DNA from: a virus
Lineage: Duplodnaviria > Caudoviricetes
IMG/VR virus record: IMGVR_UViG_3300025016_000004
Length of the DNA stretch: 64,000 nt
Strand: one strand, 5' to 3'
Part shown: positions 21,088 to 30,382 of the stretch, piece by piece
Position numbering within the stretch: the stretch's first letter is position 1
How the letters are laid out: each line of letters begins with the position of its first letter
Made by a program: the position numbers and the translations under genes
The notes under the pieces: model-generated
What the model saw: the letters and a program-made list of their open reading frames with translations, nothing else
Told to the model about the DNA's origin: nothing
Databases searched by the model: none

Positions 21088-24000
21088 ATGAGTATAGAAT
21101 CCATTTACAATAAAATAAATAACATTACTGATGGCGGTAGGAATACTGCCGCTGAAATGAGAGCTGTTTTAAGTGATATAACAGAACAATTTTCAGCTAC
21201 AACCGCATTTTCAGGTACTACAGATAACGTACCAGAAGGTAGTGGTAATTTATATTATACTGACACTAGAGTTGACGCCAAATTACTTGATTATTCATTA
21301 ACTGGTCATACACATAATTTATCTGAATTAAATAATGACGTAGGATATTTAACTGGTGCAACAAGTACAGCTGATGATTATGTAACAGGTTCTACTTTCA
21401 ATACAACCACTGGGTTATTAGAATTTACTAGATTATCTGGCGATACTTTTAACGTTAACCTTGATGGTAGATACCTAACAGGTTATACCCCAACTGTAAA
21501 TACTGATGATTACATAACTTCAGCCACTTTCAATTCATCAACTGGCGAAGTAACACTTACAAGAGTTTCAGGTGGAACTGTTGTAACTAATTTAGATAAT
21601 AGATATTCATTAACTGGCCATACTCATACTGATTATGTATTAAATAGTTATTTTAATACTCACACTGGTGATACAAGCGTTCATTACACTAAATCATCAA
21701 TAAATTTATCTGATTTAGGTGCAACTGGCCACACACATACAGTATCTAATATAACAGACTTCCCAACAAATTTAAGTTATTTTACAAATGATAGTGGTTA
21801 TTTAACTGGTGCAACAAATACAACTGATTTTATTAGTCATACAGGTGATACTACAATACATTATGCGATGAGTGGTATTAGTATTAATGAATCTCAAATA
21901 TCAGATTTAGGGTCATATACAGATGATACAAACTTAAATGCGCATACAGGTGATACAAGTATACATTTCACCAAATCTTCAATAAATTTATCTGATTTAG
22001 GCTCAAGTGCACATACACATACTGAATATTCATTAATTGGTCATAATCATGATATATCTGAAATAACTGGGTTTACTGATAATTCAACTAATTGGAACAC
22101 TGCTTATAGTGATTCAATAACTGGTGTTACAGTAACAGGTTCTGGGACTAAAACTCTTACATTAACTCAAAGAGATGGTAGTACAATAGTAACTAATTTC
22201 ACTGATTTACAAGGCTCAGGTGGTGGAACTGGTGAGGAAATAACTGGCGCAACATTTAACCTATCAACTGGTGATTTAACCCTTATAACAAACTCAGGTA
22301 GTACGATAATAGCTAGTTTAGATGGTAGGTATGCTTTTGATTCTCAATTCATAACACATACTGGTGATACAACAATACATTTTACAAAAGGTAGTATTAA
22401 TTTATCAGACCTAGCTTCAACTGGTCATACACACAATTTATCATTATTAAATAATGATATTGGATTTATAACTGGGTATACAGACACAAATGATAATATA
22501 TATGTTACGGGTTCAACATTTAACACTGGTAACGGTGTATTAACCTTTTCAAATATTTCAGGTGGAACATTTACGGTTGATTTAGATGGAAGATACCTTA
22601 CAGGTTATACTGAGACATCAAATACAGACGATTACGTAAGCTCTGCTGCATTTAATACAACAAATGGTATACTAACCTTAACTAGAATTTCAGGTGGCAC
22701 AGTGACTGTTGATTTGGATGATAGATATAGCCTTACAGGCCATACTCATACAGCATCACAAATAACAGATTTTAGTGATGCGGTAACTGGAAATACAGCG
22801 GTTTTAGCTAATACTGATAAAATATCTTATACAGACGCTACATTAGTTGCTAACACAGCAAGTGGTTTAGTGAGTCATACTGGTGATACAAGTATTCACT
22901 TTACAAAAGGTTCAATTAACCTTAGTGATTTAGGTGCAACTGGTCATACACATAGTGAATATACTTTAAATGCTGTATTGAATAGTCATACTGGTGACAC
23001 TTCTATTCATTATACAAAAGGGTCAATTAATCTTAGTGATTTAGGCTCATCAGCACATACACATACCGTATCTAATATAAGCGATTTCCCAACAAATGTA
23101 AGCTCATTTACAAATGATTCAGGATATATAACTGGATTCACAGATACAAATAATAACGATTATGTAACAAGTGGAGCTTTTGATACTGGAAATGGTAATT
23201 TAACACTTACTAGAGTTTCAGGTGGAACAGTTGTCACTAATTTAGATAATAGATACAGCCTTACAGGACATACACACTCTATTTACGCTTTAGACAGTGA
23301 GTTTACTAGTCATACTGGTGATACATCTATTCATTACGCTAAAAATACAATTAATTTAAGTGAATTAGGTTCTTCAGCTCATACACACGCTATAAGTGAA
23401 TTAAGCGATTTCCCTACAAATGTAAGTTCATTCACAAATGATGCGGGCTATTTAACTGGTTATACTGACACAAATGTATATTTAACTGGAGCAACCGTAA
23501 CTGGTACAACAACCAAATCTATTAATTTATTCCAAAGTGATGGTAGTTTGGTTCAAGCTAGTTTTACAGATTTACAAGGCTCAGGCGGTGGTGGTGACAC
23601 TATAACTGGAGTTACATTTAATACATCAACTGGTGATTTAGATTTAGTAAGTACAGGTAGTACAATTACAGCTAATTTAGATGGAAGATATTCATTAACT
23701 GGTCATACACATAGTGAATATACCTTAGATTCAATATTCAATTCACATACTGGTGATACAAGCATTCATTTTACAAAAGGTAGTATTAATTTATCTGATT
23801 TAGGTAGTTCAGCACATACTCATACTATAAGTAACATAACAGACTTCCCAACCAACGTAAGTTATTTTACTAATGATAGTGGGTATTTAACTGGTTATAC
23901 AGATACAAATGAGTATATTACTGATGGTACGTTTAATACATCAACTGGTAATTTAGACCTTATAACCAATTCAGGTACTACAATTACAGCTAATTTAGAT

Positions 24001-24573
24001 GGAAGGTATTTGGACCTTTCAGCAGCAACAACTATAGTTGAAACATTAGTGGCGACTGGTGGTGAAACACAATGGGTTTTATCATCAACACCATCAAGTG
24101 GGTATTCTCGTACTCTGTTTAATGAAAATATTTACTTGGTTGAAAATGTTGATTGGTCCTTATCAGGTAATACCATAATATTCTCAGGAAGTTCATCACC
24201 TTTAATTTCTGGCGATGTAATTACATTTTATTATCATGATGTTAGCGCACCATTAGCTCAGTTAAATACATATGGTAGAGTTTTTGAAGATAGCGCACTT
24301 TCAGGGACTACAGATATAGATTGGGGTAGTTATGAAACATTTGTTTATACTCTATCAGGGGCAACTGTGTTTAGTGACATAAATCTACCATCAAATGGTA
24401 AAAGTAAAACAATAACAGTATATATGACAGGTAATTTTGCGCCAACATACCCGTCAGGCTGGAGTACATATATTAATGGTACATACAATGGGCTTGTTTT
24501 AAATACCATTGTGGTTGAATATGTAGCATCAAGCACCCCATTTTATAAAGTAATGATAACACAACCCGATTAA
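21088..24573 (+). CDS. Long tail fibre-like protein with His-rich mosaic repeats
   Basis: 1161 aa; 8x HTGDTxIHxTKxSINLSDLGxxxHTH-type and 8x xTFNxxTGxLxL..NLDxRY modules. Confidence 0.75.
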   Translation: MSIESIYNKINNITDGGRNTAAEMRAVLSDITEQFSATTAFSGTTDNVPEGSGNLYYTDTRVDAKLLDYSLTGHTHNLSELNNDVGYLTGATSTADDYVTGSTFNTTTGLLEFTRLSGDTFNVNLDGRYLTGYTPTVNTDDYITSATFNSSTGEVTLTRVSGGTVVTNLDNRYSLTGHTHTDYVLNSYFNTHTGDTSVHYTKSSINLSDLGATGHTHTVSNITDFPTNLSYFTNDSGYLTGATNTTDFISHTGDTTIHYAMSGISINESQISDLGSYTDDTNLNAHTGDTSIHFTKSSINLSDLGSSAHTHTEYSLIGHNHDISEITGFTDNSTNWNTAYSDSITGVTVTGSGTKTLTLTQRDGSTIVTNFTDLQGSGGGTGEEITGATFNLSTGDLTLITNSGSTIIASLDGRYAFDSQFITHTGDTTIHFTKGSINLSDLASTGHTHNLSLLNNDIGFITGYTDTNDNIYVTGSTFNTGNGVLTFSNISGGTFTVDLDGRYLTGYTETSNTDDYVSSAAFNTTNGILTLTRISGGTVTVDLDDRYSLTGHTHTASQITDFSDAVTGNTAVLANTDKISYTDATLVANTASGLVSHTGDTSIHFTKGSINLSDLGATGHTHSEYTLNAVLNSHTGDTSIHYTKGSINLSDLGSSAHTHTVSNISDFPTNVSSFTNDSGYITGFTDTNNNDYVTSGAFDTGNGNLTLTRVSGGTVVTNLDNRYSLTGHTHSIYALDSEFTSHTGDTSIHYAKNTINLSELGSSAHTHAISELSDFPTNVSSFTNDAGYLTGYTDTNVYLTGATVTGTTTKSINLFQSDGSLVQASFTDLQGSGGGGDTITGVTFNTSTGDLDLVSTGSTITANLDGRYSLTGHTHSEYTLDSIFNSHTGDTSIHFTKGSINLSDLGSSAHTHTISNITDFPTNVSYFTNDSGYLTGYTDTNEYITDGTFNTSTGNLDLITNSGTTITANLDGRYLDLSAATTIVETLVATGGETQWVLSSTPSSGYSRTLFNENIYLVENVDWSLSGNTIIFSGSSSPLISGDVITFYYHDVSAPLAQLNTYGRVFEDSALSGTTDIDWGSYETFVYTLSGATVFSDINLPSNGKSKTITVYMTGNFAPTYPSGWSTYINGTYNGLVLNTIVVEYVASSTPFYKVMITQPD

Positions 24574-24576
24574 ATT

Positions 24577-25329
24577 ATGGTAGGAATTATAATAACACAA
24601 GAATTAAAAGATTTAAACATCGAATTGTTTAAAAATAACACAGTAAATAGCATCAGAATATTTTCAACAATACCTTCATCATTTTACTCAATAACATATT
24701 TTAATGGAAGTAGAACTGATGGTTATCACACATTAGATACTTCTATACATCAAGCTGATGGGTTTTATGAAGTAATAATACCAGTTTATGATAGTAGTAT
24801 AGAAAAGCTCGGTGATATATTTTTTAGTCAGAGTAGTTTTACATATCCAGTAATAAGTAAAACAGAAATTGAAATTCAAAATGAAATATTAGCAACTTCA
24901 GATGAAAATAAACAAAATTTAATTAGAATTAAAACTGAAAAACTAATAATAACAAATGCACAAACTTATGATGATACGACAGCATTAGATAATTTTGGTT
25001 TATTTCCAATGTGGAAATATCCATTTGATTACCCTTTAGCTTATAAATGTCAAGATTTTAGTGGTACAACATTAAATCTTTACAAATGTGTACAAGCACA
25101 TACAAGTCAAGCAGATTGGCGTCCAAAAGATGTTCCAGCGTTATTCACCAAAGTGGCTTATCCAGGTCAAATTCCTGTTTGGGTACAACCAACTGGAGCA
25201 CAAGACGCCTATAATATTGGGGACCGAGTATATTATCCAACTGCTAATGATAGTGTATATGAAAGTTTAATAAATGCTAACGTTTGGAGTCCAACAGGAT
25301 ATCCAGCTGGATGGCAATTAATACCGTAA
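24577..25329 (+). CDS. Fibre-associated protein with carbohydrate-binding (CBM5/12-like) modules
   Basis: YKCVQAHTSQADWRP and WVQPTGAQDAYNIGDRVYY..YESLINANVWSP..PAGWQ. Confidence 0.72.
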   Translation: MVGIIITQELKDLNIELFKNNTVNSIRIFSTIPSSFYSITYFNGSRTDGYHTLDTSIHQADGFYEVIIPVYDSSIEKLGDIFFSQSSFTYPVISKTEIEIQNEILATSDENKQNLIRIKTEKLIITNAQTYDDTTALDNFGLFPMWKYPFDYPLAYKCQDFSGTTLNLYKCVQAHTSQADWRPKDVPALFTKVAYPGQIPVWVQPTGAQDAYNIGDRVYYPTANDSVYESLINANVWSPTGYPAGWQLIP

Positions 25330-25332
25330 GTT

Positions 25333-25911
25333 ATGAGTAAGAAAAAAATGTTATTAAATCCAACAATTGGAACTACTACTGATAGTTTGATGTTGTCTGC
25401 TGGCAACTTACAATTAAATCCTAATGATTTTACTGTTTATCCTTGGACTAGACCTTCAACAATAGTTACTCCAAATGTATTTGAAGGAAATACTATAAAT
25501 GACGCACATAAATTGTCAGCGAGCATAAGCACATCTCAGCATGAATTGACTTCTTCTTCATCGCCTGTAATTGTTGGAAATATTTATGAATTTGTGGTTT
25601 TTGCAAAAGCAAACGAGTATGGTTATGTATCAGTAAACTGCGGATTTACAACATTTAGTGGTTGGAAAGTTGCTTCGTTTAACCTTTTTACTGGAACAGT
25701 AAATGGGGGCAACATGTCTAATATGACTATAGAGTCAAAAGGTAACGGATGGTACAGGTGTTCTGCTAGAGCAACTTGCACAAACAGCGGAAATACATCT
25801 TTTGGCATGAAACTAAGTGACAACGCATCTCAAGATTCGCAAGGGCCATTTTTTACAGGAGATGGTATTAGCGGAATTCAAATATGGGGTGCCGAATATT
25901 TTCAAGTATAA
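25333..25911 (+). CDS. Putative virion spike/adhesin beta-sandwich protein
   Basis: GNGWYRCS..GDGISGIQIWGA motif seen in phage spike/fibre proteins. Confidence 0.55.
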   Translation: MSKKKMLLNPTIGTTTDSLMLSAGNLQLNPNDFTVYPWTRPSTIVTPNVFEGNTINDAHKLSASISTSQHELTSSSSPVIVGNIYEFVVFAKANEYGYVSVNCGFTTFSGWKVASFNLFTGTVNGGNMSNMTIESKGNGWYRCSARATCTNSGNTSFGMKLSDNASQDSQGPFFTGDGISGIQIWGAEYFQV

Positions 25912-25913
25912 AA

Positions 25914-26072
25914 ATGAAACCAACCCTATTAAGCAACGAGAACCTATGGTGCGGTTATTTTTTAACCTATGCGCAAAAACGAGAATTGTTAAACCAAACA
26001 CCATGTACAGGAACCCCAGATTGTACATGTCCAGTAAAAGATTTATCAACAAATTGTTCTATATATAGCTAG
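25914..26072 (+). CDS. Small Cys-rich hypothetical protein (52 aa)
   Basis: ATG 2 nt after the upstream stop; MKPTLLSNENLWCG..PCTGTPDCTCPV..NCSIYS. Confidence 0.4.
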   Translation: MKPTLLSNENLWCGYFLTYAQKRELLNQTPCTGTPDCTCPVKDLSTNCSIYS

Positions 26073-26113
26073 TACGGGTGATTTAAAACAAGTAATATAA
26101 CTATTTATAATAA

Positions 26114-26530
26114 ATGATAGACGCTAGACACTTAAGACCTAATTTAACACCATCAAAATTGTTAGATTTACCCCAACATTTTGGTTGGGGTTTAAGTGCT
26201 TTTGATATGACACCAACGTCTGGGTTTGTTGAAACAGATATAATACCAAATAGATTTACATGTTCTGAAGTTAGAATATCGTTAACAAGTGGTGATACTA
26301 GCAGTATCGTTAGTGTTGATATTTATAGAAATGGAACTTCAATATTTGAAGTTCCAGTATCAATTGATATATCAGGCACAACAAGTGTTGGTTCGACAGC
26401 ACCATACCTTTTTAATCTTAGTGCGTCAACTTTTAATTTTTTAGAGAATGATAGAATATATTTTTATGTATCAGGGGCAACTAATTGCTTAGGCTTAAAA
26501 GTTAAATTAATTGGTAATAGAATAATATAA
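26114..26530 (+). CDS. Virion-associated protein, tandem paralog A
   Basis: Shares SGDT.SIVSVDI..NGTSIFEVPVSID.SGTTSVG with the next gene. Confidence 0.65.
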   Translation: MIDARHLRPNLTPSKLLDLPQHFGWGLSAFDMTPTSGFVETDIIPNRFTCSEVRISLTSGDTSSIVSVDIYRNGTSIFEVPVSIDISGTTSVGSTAPYLFNLSASTFNFLENDRIYFYVSGATNCLGLKVKLIGNRII

Positions 26531-26533
26531 ATA

Positions 26534-26956
26534 ATGATAGATAGTAAACATTTAAAACCGAATATACCTTCATCTAAATTCATTGAAATGCCCCAAGAAT
26601 TTGGATGGGCGTTATCGTCTGCATTTGGGGTACCTACATCTGGGTTAACCGTTTCAGATAGGTTACCAAATGGTTTTGAATGTTCTGAAATAAAATTAAC
26701 ATTAACTAGCGGTGATACCAGTGGTATAGTATCAGTTGATATCCATAAAAATGGAACTTCTATATTTGAAGTTCCAGTATCAATTGATGTATCAGGTACA
26801 ACTAGCGTTGGAGCAACCACACCATTTTTATTTACAAGTAGTGCAACTACTACAACCTTTTTAGATAATAATGAAGTTAAATTTTATGTTAGTGGTGCAA
26901 CAGATTGTTTAGGGTTAAAGGTTAGAATGATTGGTAATAAAATAATAAATGGCTAA
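26534..26956 (+). CDS. Virion-associated protein, tandem paralog B
   Basis: Full-length similarity to 26114-26530. Confidence 0.65.
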   Translation: MIDSKHLKPNIPSSKFIEMPQEFGWALSSAFGVPTSGLTVSDRLPNGFECSEIKLTLTSGDTSGIVSVDIHKNGTSIFEVPVSIDVSGTTSVGATTPFLFTSSATTTTFLDNNEVKFYVSGATDCLGLKVRMIGNKIING

Positions 26957-26972
26957 GTAGATAAGTATAAAG

Positions 26973-27932
26973 ATGAGTTTAATAATAAATACATACAAGA
27001 GTTTTCCAAAAAATATTAACATTAATATTAATATTAATATTGATACCTTGTCATTGATTTATACCATTGAAATTGTGGGAGTTGTAATTTATTCAAACCC
27101 AAATGTAGATGTAAATACTTTAGAATTAACATATACAGCTTTAGACGCAACCGTTATTATCAATACAACAGTATTGATTGATACATTAGAATTAATATAT
27201 TCTGTTGAAACAGTTGAAACAGTTGTAGTAATTACAGACCCAATACAAATGATTTCTGGGTTGATAGTTGATTTGAATAGTGCAAATATACTTAATGCTT
27301 CAGGTGATACAGCAACTGAAGGTCAAGAAATATACAATTGGGTTAATGCGGTAAATGATAATGGTGTGACAGGTGCAACTCAATATAGAACTGGTAGATA
27401 CCCAATTATGCAAACAGTTAATGGTAATAAAGAAGTTAAATTTAATGGTAGCACTACTTTTTTAGAATTTGAAGTTGTACCCGATTTACATTTTGAAACT
27501 ACCGATAGTTGGACTGTGTTATTTTTATTGGGTAGTGTAGTTGGTAATGGACCAATGTACCATAAAGGTGGTTCTGGTAACAGGCATATAGGAATATTTA
27601 ATTTTAGTGTGTTTACATCATATACTTATCATCAATCAAATCAGCTAACCTCTAATTTATTAGCTAATGAGGTTGGTGCAGTTGACCATAATGGTGGTAC
27701 AAGGCAAATGCGTATTTTTAGGGAGAATGTAACTGAATTAGATTATACAAATCTTAGTACTGTAACAAATACGCAAAATACCTTAATTGGTTGTAGACAA
27801 AATAATAGTGCTGATAACACTTCTTGGGCATTCTTTTATGGAGGTTCAATTAGAAGATTGTTAGTTTTTAATAGAGTGTTAACACCTGAAGAGAGAACAA
27901 CCATATATAACGAATTAAAGGGCAGTTTATAG
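26973..27932 (+). CDS. LamG/concanavalin-like lectin domain virion protein
   Basis: VKFNGSTTFL, NTLIGCRQ..FYGGSIRRLLVFNRVLTPEER pattern. Confidence 0.65.
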   Translation: MSLIINTYKSFPKNININININIDTLSLIYTIEIVGVVIYSNPNVDVNTLELTYTALDATVIINTTVLIDTLELIYSVETVETVVVITDPIQMISGLIVDLNSANILNASGDTATEGQEIYNWVNAVNDNGVTGATQYRTGRYPIMQTVNGNKEVKFNGSTTFLEFEVVPDLHFETTDSWTVLFLLGSVVGNGPMYHKGGSGNRHIGIFNFSVFTSYTYHQSNQLTSNLLANEVGAVDHNGGTRQMRIFRENVTELDYTNLSTVTNTQNTLIGCRQNNSADNTSWAFFYGGSIRRLLVFNRVLTPEERTTIYNELKGSL

Positions 27933-28031
27933 TAAAGTATTATCAGCTTCTGAAATAACTGATATTATAAATACTCATAGGGTAAATTAAAACATAGATT
28001 GGTAAACTAAACATTTACTTTACCTATTTAT

Positions 28032-28082
28032 AAAACGGAGCATAAAACCCATTCATCGCTTTAGCGTGGATGGGCAGTTCAC
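28032..28082 (+). mobile_element. Minimal IS200/IS605-like end remnant (hairpin + TCAC)
   Basis: GC-rich hairpin CCCATTCATCGC-TTTA-GCGTGGATGGG followed by CAGTTCAC, directly after TTTAT; no transposase nearby. Confidence 0.55.
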
Positions 28083-28113
28083 AATGTATAATAAATAAAT
28101 AAATAAAACGAAA

Positions 28114-28539
28114 ATGGCAAATGCAATTTACAACTCTTTTAAGAGAGACATCCAAAATGGAACTATCAATTTAACAGCTGATACCATTAATGTGATGTTA
28201 GTTACGAGTACTTACACTCCTAACATTGATACGCACACAAAGCGTTCAGATATAACAAACGAAGTTTCAGGTTCTGGATATACTTCTGGCGGTACTTCTT
28301 TAGTAACAACTGTAGTTAGTGCTGACACAACAAATGACAAAGGTGTTTTTGATGCCGATGACGTTTCTTGGACAGGCTCAACAATTACAGCAAGAGGTGC
28401 AGTTCTTTACAAATCTAGAGGTGGCGCAGCATCAGATGATGAATTAATCGCTTATTTAGATTTTGTAACGGATAAGGTATCAAGCGGTGGTAATTTTAAT
28501 CTAGTATTTAACGTTAATGGTATATTGACTCTGGCGTAA
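28114..28539 (+). CDS. Conserved phage structural protein
   Basis: MANAIYNSFK..DTINVMLVTSTYTP..NEVSGSGYTSGG..FDADDVSWT..ARGAVLYK, a widespread phage/prophage family. Confidence 0.7.
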   Translation: MANAIYNSFKRDIQNGTINLTADTINVMLVTSTYTPNIDTHTKRSDITNEVSGSGYTSGGTSLVTTVVSADTTNDKGVFDADDVSWTGSTITARGAVLYKSRGGAASDDELIAYLDFVTDKVSSGGNFNLVFNVNGILTLA

Positions 28540-28589
28540 ATAATAAATGTTGTTATTATTTAATAACGTATATTTATAAATAAAGGAAT

Positions 28590-28850
28590 ATGCCAATATT
28601 ATTAAAGAAAATAGATGGAAGTATACTATCATTAATTGGGCCTGATGGTGCTGATTACATAGGTAGTGTAATATTCATACAAAGTATTGTAGGTGAACTT
28701 GGTGTAGAAGATTACATCAAATTAACAGCATTGGAAGCTCTAACACAAGACTTTGGAAGTGTTGGCGATGCTGAATATTATGAAACAACACCAGTTTTAT
28801 TTGGTCCTAACACATGCTCTAGTTATACAAATTTAAATTTATCGTTTTAA
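28590..28850 (+). CDS. Hypothetical protein
   Basis: 86-aa ORF after a TATTTATA motif, coupled to the next gene. Confidence 0.55.
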   Translation: MPILLKKIDGSILSLIGPDGADYIGSVIFIQSIVGELGVEDYIKLTALEALTQDFGSVGDAEYYETTPVLFGPNTCSSYTNLNLSF

Positions 28851-30316
28851 TGAGATATCAAGAAAGAACATATATACAAACACCAATCAGTTGCGTTAGA
28901 AATAAGGTAATCAATATTGTTAGCATGAGTTCAGATTTATGTGAATTCAATGAACCCACATATGTAATGACTGGTGCTACAAATATATTTAGTGCTGATA
29001 CGAGTGGTAATACAATTATGATAACAGGTGCTACAAGCTCTGATGATTATATTCATATTATTGATAGTGGAACCACATTTGATTTATCATTCGCATTTAC
29101 TGGCAATGTGGAAACTTTCATTAATACTGATGCTTCATTTAAATATAACATTTATCGTTATACCCCAAATACTAACGTATTTACAACGCCAGCAATTTTT
29201 TCATCTGGCCCTATTGAGTGGTCAACCTTTAGCGCATCAACTGGGTTTACTGATAGTTTATTAGAAAGTGAATTTGTTGTTGATGGTCAATATATAATAA
29301 AAGGTAGTTACGAATTTACGTCTTGCACTGATTATTTATTTGAATTAGGTGATACCAAAGATACAACTTTACCATTGGTTGGGGATTATTATAATATATA
29401 TAACTCTAATTTTGATAATTATTTTGCTTTAATAAGCAAAGCTATAAAACCAATTTTTAGTTCAACCCCAACAGACCCAACTAGTATAGGTACGTTAATT
29501 GTTGAATCAACAATATTTGATGGTGTTGATGTACCCGTAGTTGATGAAGTAACCACGGAAAATACATGGGTTGGAAATGTAATAGTGTCATTAAATGGTA
29601 TTACATTAGCTGAAGATGAAGATTTTACTACCGTAGACGACACAATATTTTTTGGGGCACCGATAAGTTTAGATGACGTAGTAACTGTAGCGTATGTTAA
29701 TAGTGGAACTGGCAATGGCCTTACTTCTGAATCATTTATTGTAACAGCACCAATAGCTTCGGGTGCAACCGATGGTGAGGGTACTAATATATATTATTAC
29801 AATACTGACATAAATAAAATTGAGATTTATATGTTAACGGAACCAGTAATTTTTAATGATGTTATAGTAACACTTAACGGTGTTACATTAGCTAATGGAG
29901 TTGACTATTATCAATCAACGGCAAACCCTAAGAGGATAATACTTAATGGTCTTATATACGATACGGATGTAATGACTATTTCATATAATGCATATGCTGG
30001 TATTTCTGGAATTATTTATACTAACATTTTTGATATCTACTGGGGTGTAGACCCAGCACCAATAAATATCAATGGGTTATTTACCGCTTTGGTAGCAACT
30101 GACAATTCATTTTCTGCTGGAACTGTAGTATATAGTGCGACAACACCTTATGTTGCAAATGAGAGTACGTATTCAGTTAATATTAATTTAAGTGGTTATA
30201 CTGGAACAACAGTGGTATATAAAGTAATAAACCAAAAAGACTTTACATTAATCAACGGTGATGTAATTTCAACAATAACAGATAGTGATATTATACCAAT
30301 AACACTTCAATTATAA
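28850..30316 (+). CDS. Putative structural protein with repeated VxLNGITLA..D(Y/F) modules
   Basis: Two copies: VSLNGITLAEDEDF and VTLNGVTLANGVDY. Confidence 0.6.
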   Translation: MRYQERTYIQTPISCVRNKVINIVSMSSDLCEFNEPTYVMTGATNIFSADTSGNTIMITGATSSDDYIHIIDSGTTFDLSFAFTGNVETFINTDASFKYNIYRYTPNTNVFTTPAIFSSGPIEWSTFSASTGFTDSLLESEFVVDGQYIIKGSYEFTSCTDYLFELGDTKDTTLPLVGDYYNIYNSNFDNYFALISKAIKPIFSSTPTDPTSIGTLIVESTIFDGVDVPVVDEVTTENTWVGNVIVSLNGITLAEDEDFTTVDDTIFFGAPISLDDVVTVAYVNSGTGNGLTSESFIVTAPIASGATDGEGTNIYYYNTDINKIEIYMLTEPVIFNDVIVTLNGVTLANGVDYYQSTANPKRIILNGLIYDTDVMTISYNAYAGISGIIYTNIFDIYWGVDPAPININGLFTALVATDNSFSAGTVVYSATTPYVANESTYSVNINLSGYTGTTVVYKVINQKDFTLINGDVISTITDSDIIPITLQL

Positions 30317-30382
30317 AAAAAATAAAATAATTTATTGATTTATTTATATTTATAAGTAAGATACATATACAACAGAAACGTT

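Noticed and set aside
27017-27041. (ATTAAT)n microsatellite encoding NININI
   Set aside because: Short in-frame low-complexity tract in an AT-rich genome; no evidence of a role.
21088-27932. Diversity-generating retroelement acting on fibre or lectin genes
   Set aside because: No reverse transcriptase in the window and no repeat pair differing only at adenines; the 26114/26534 similarity is a whole-gene duplication.
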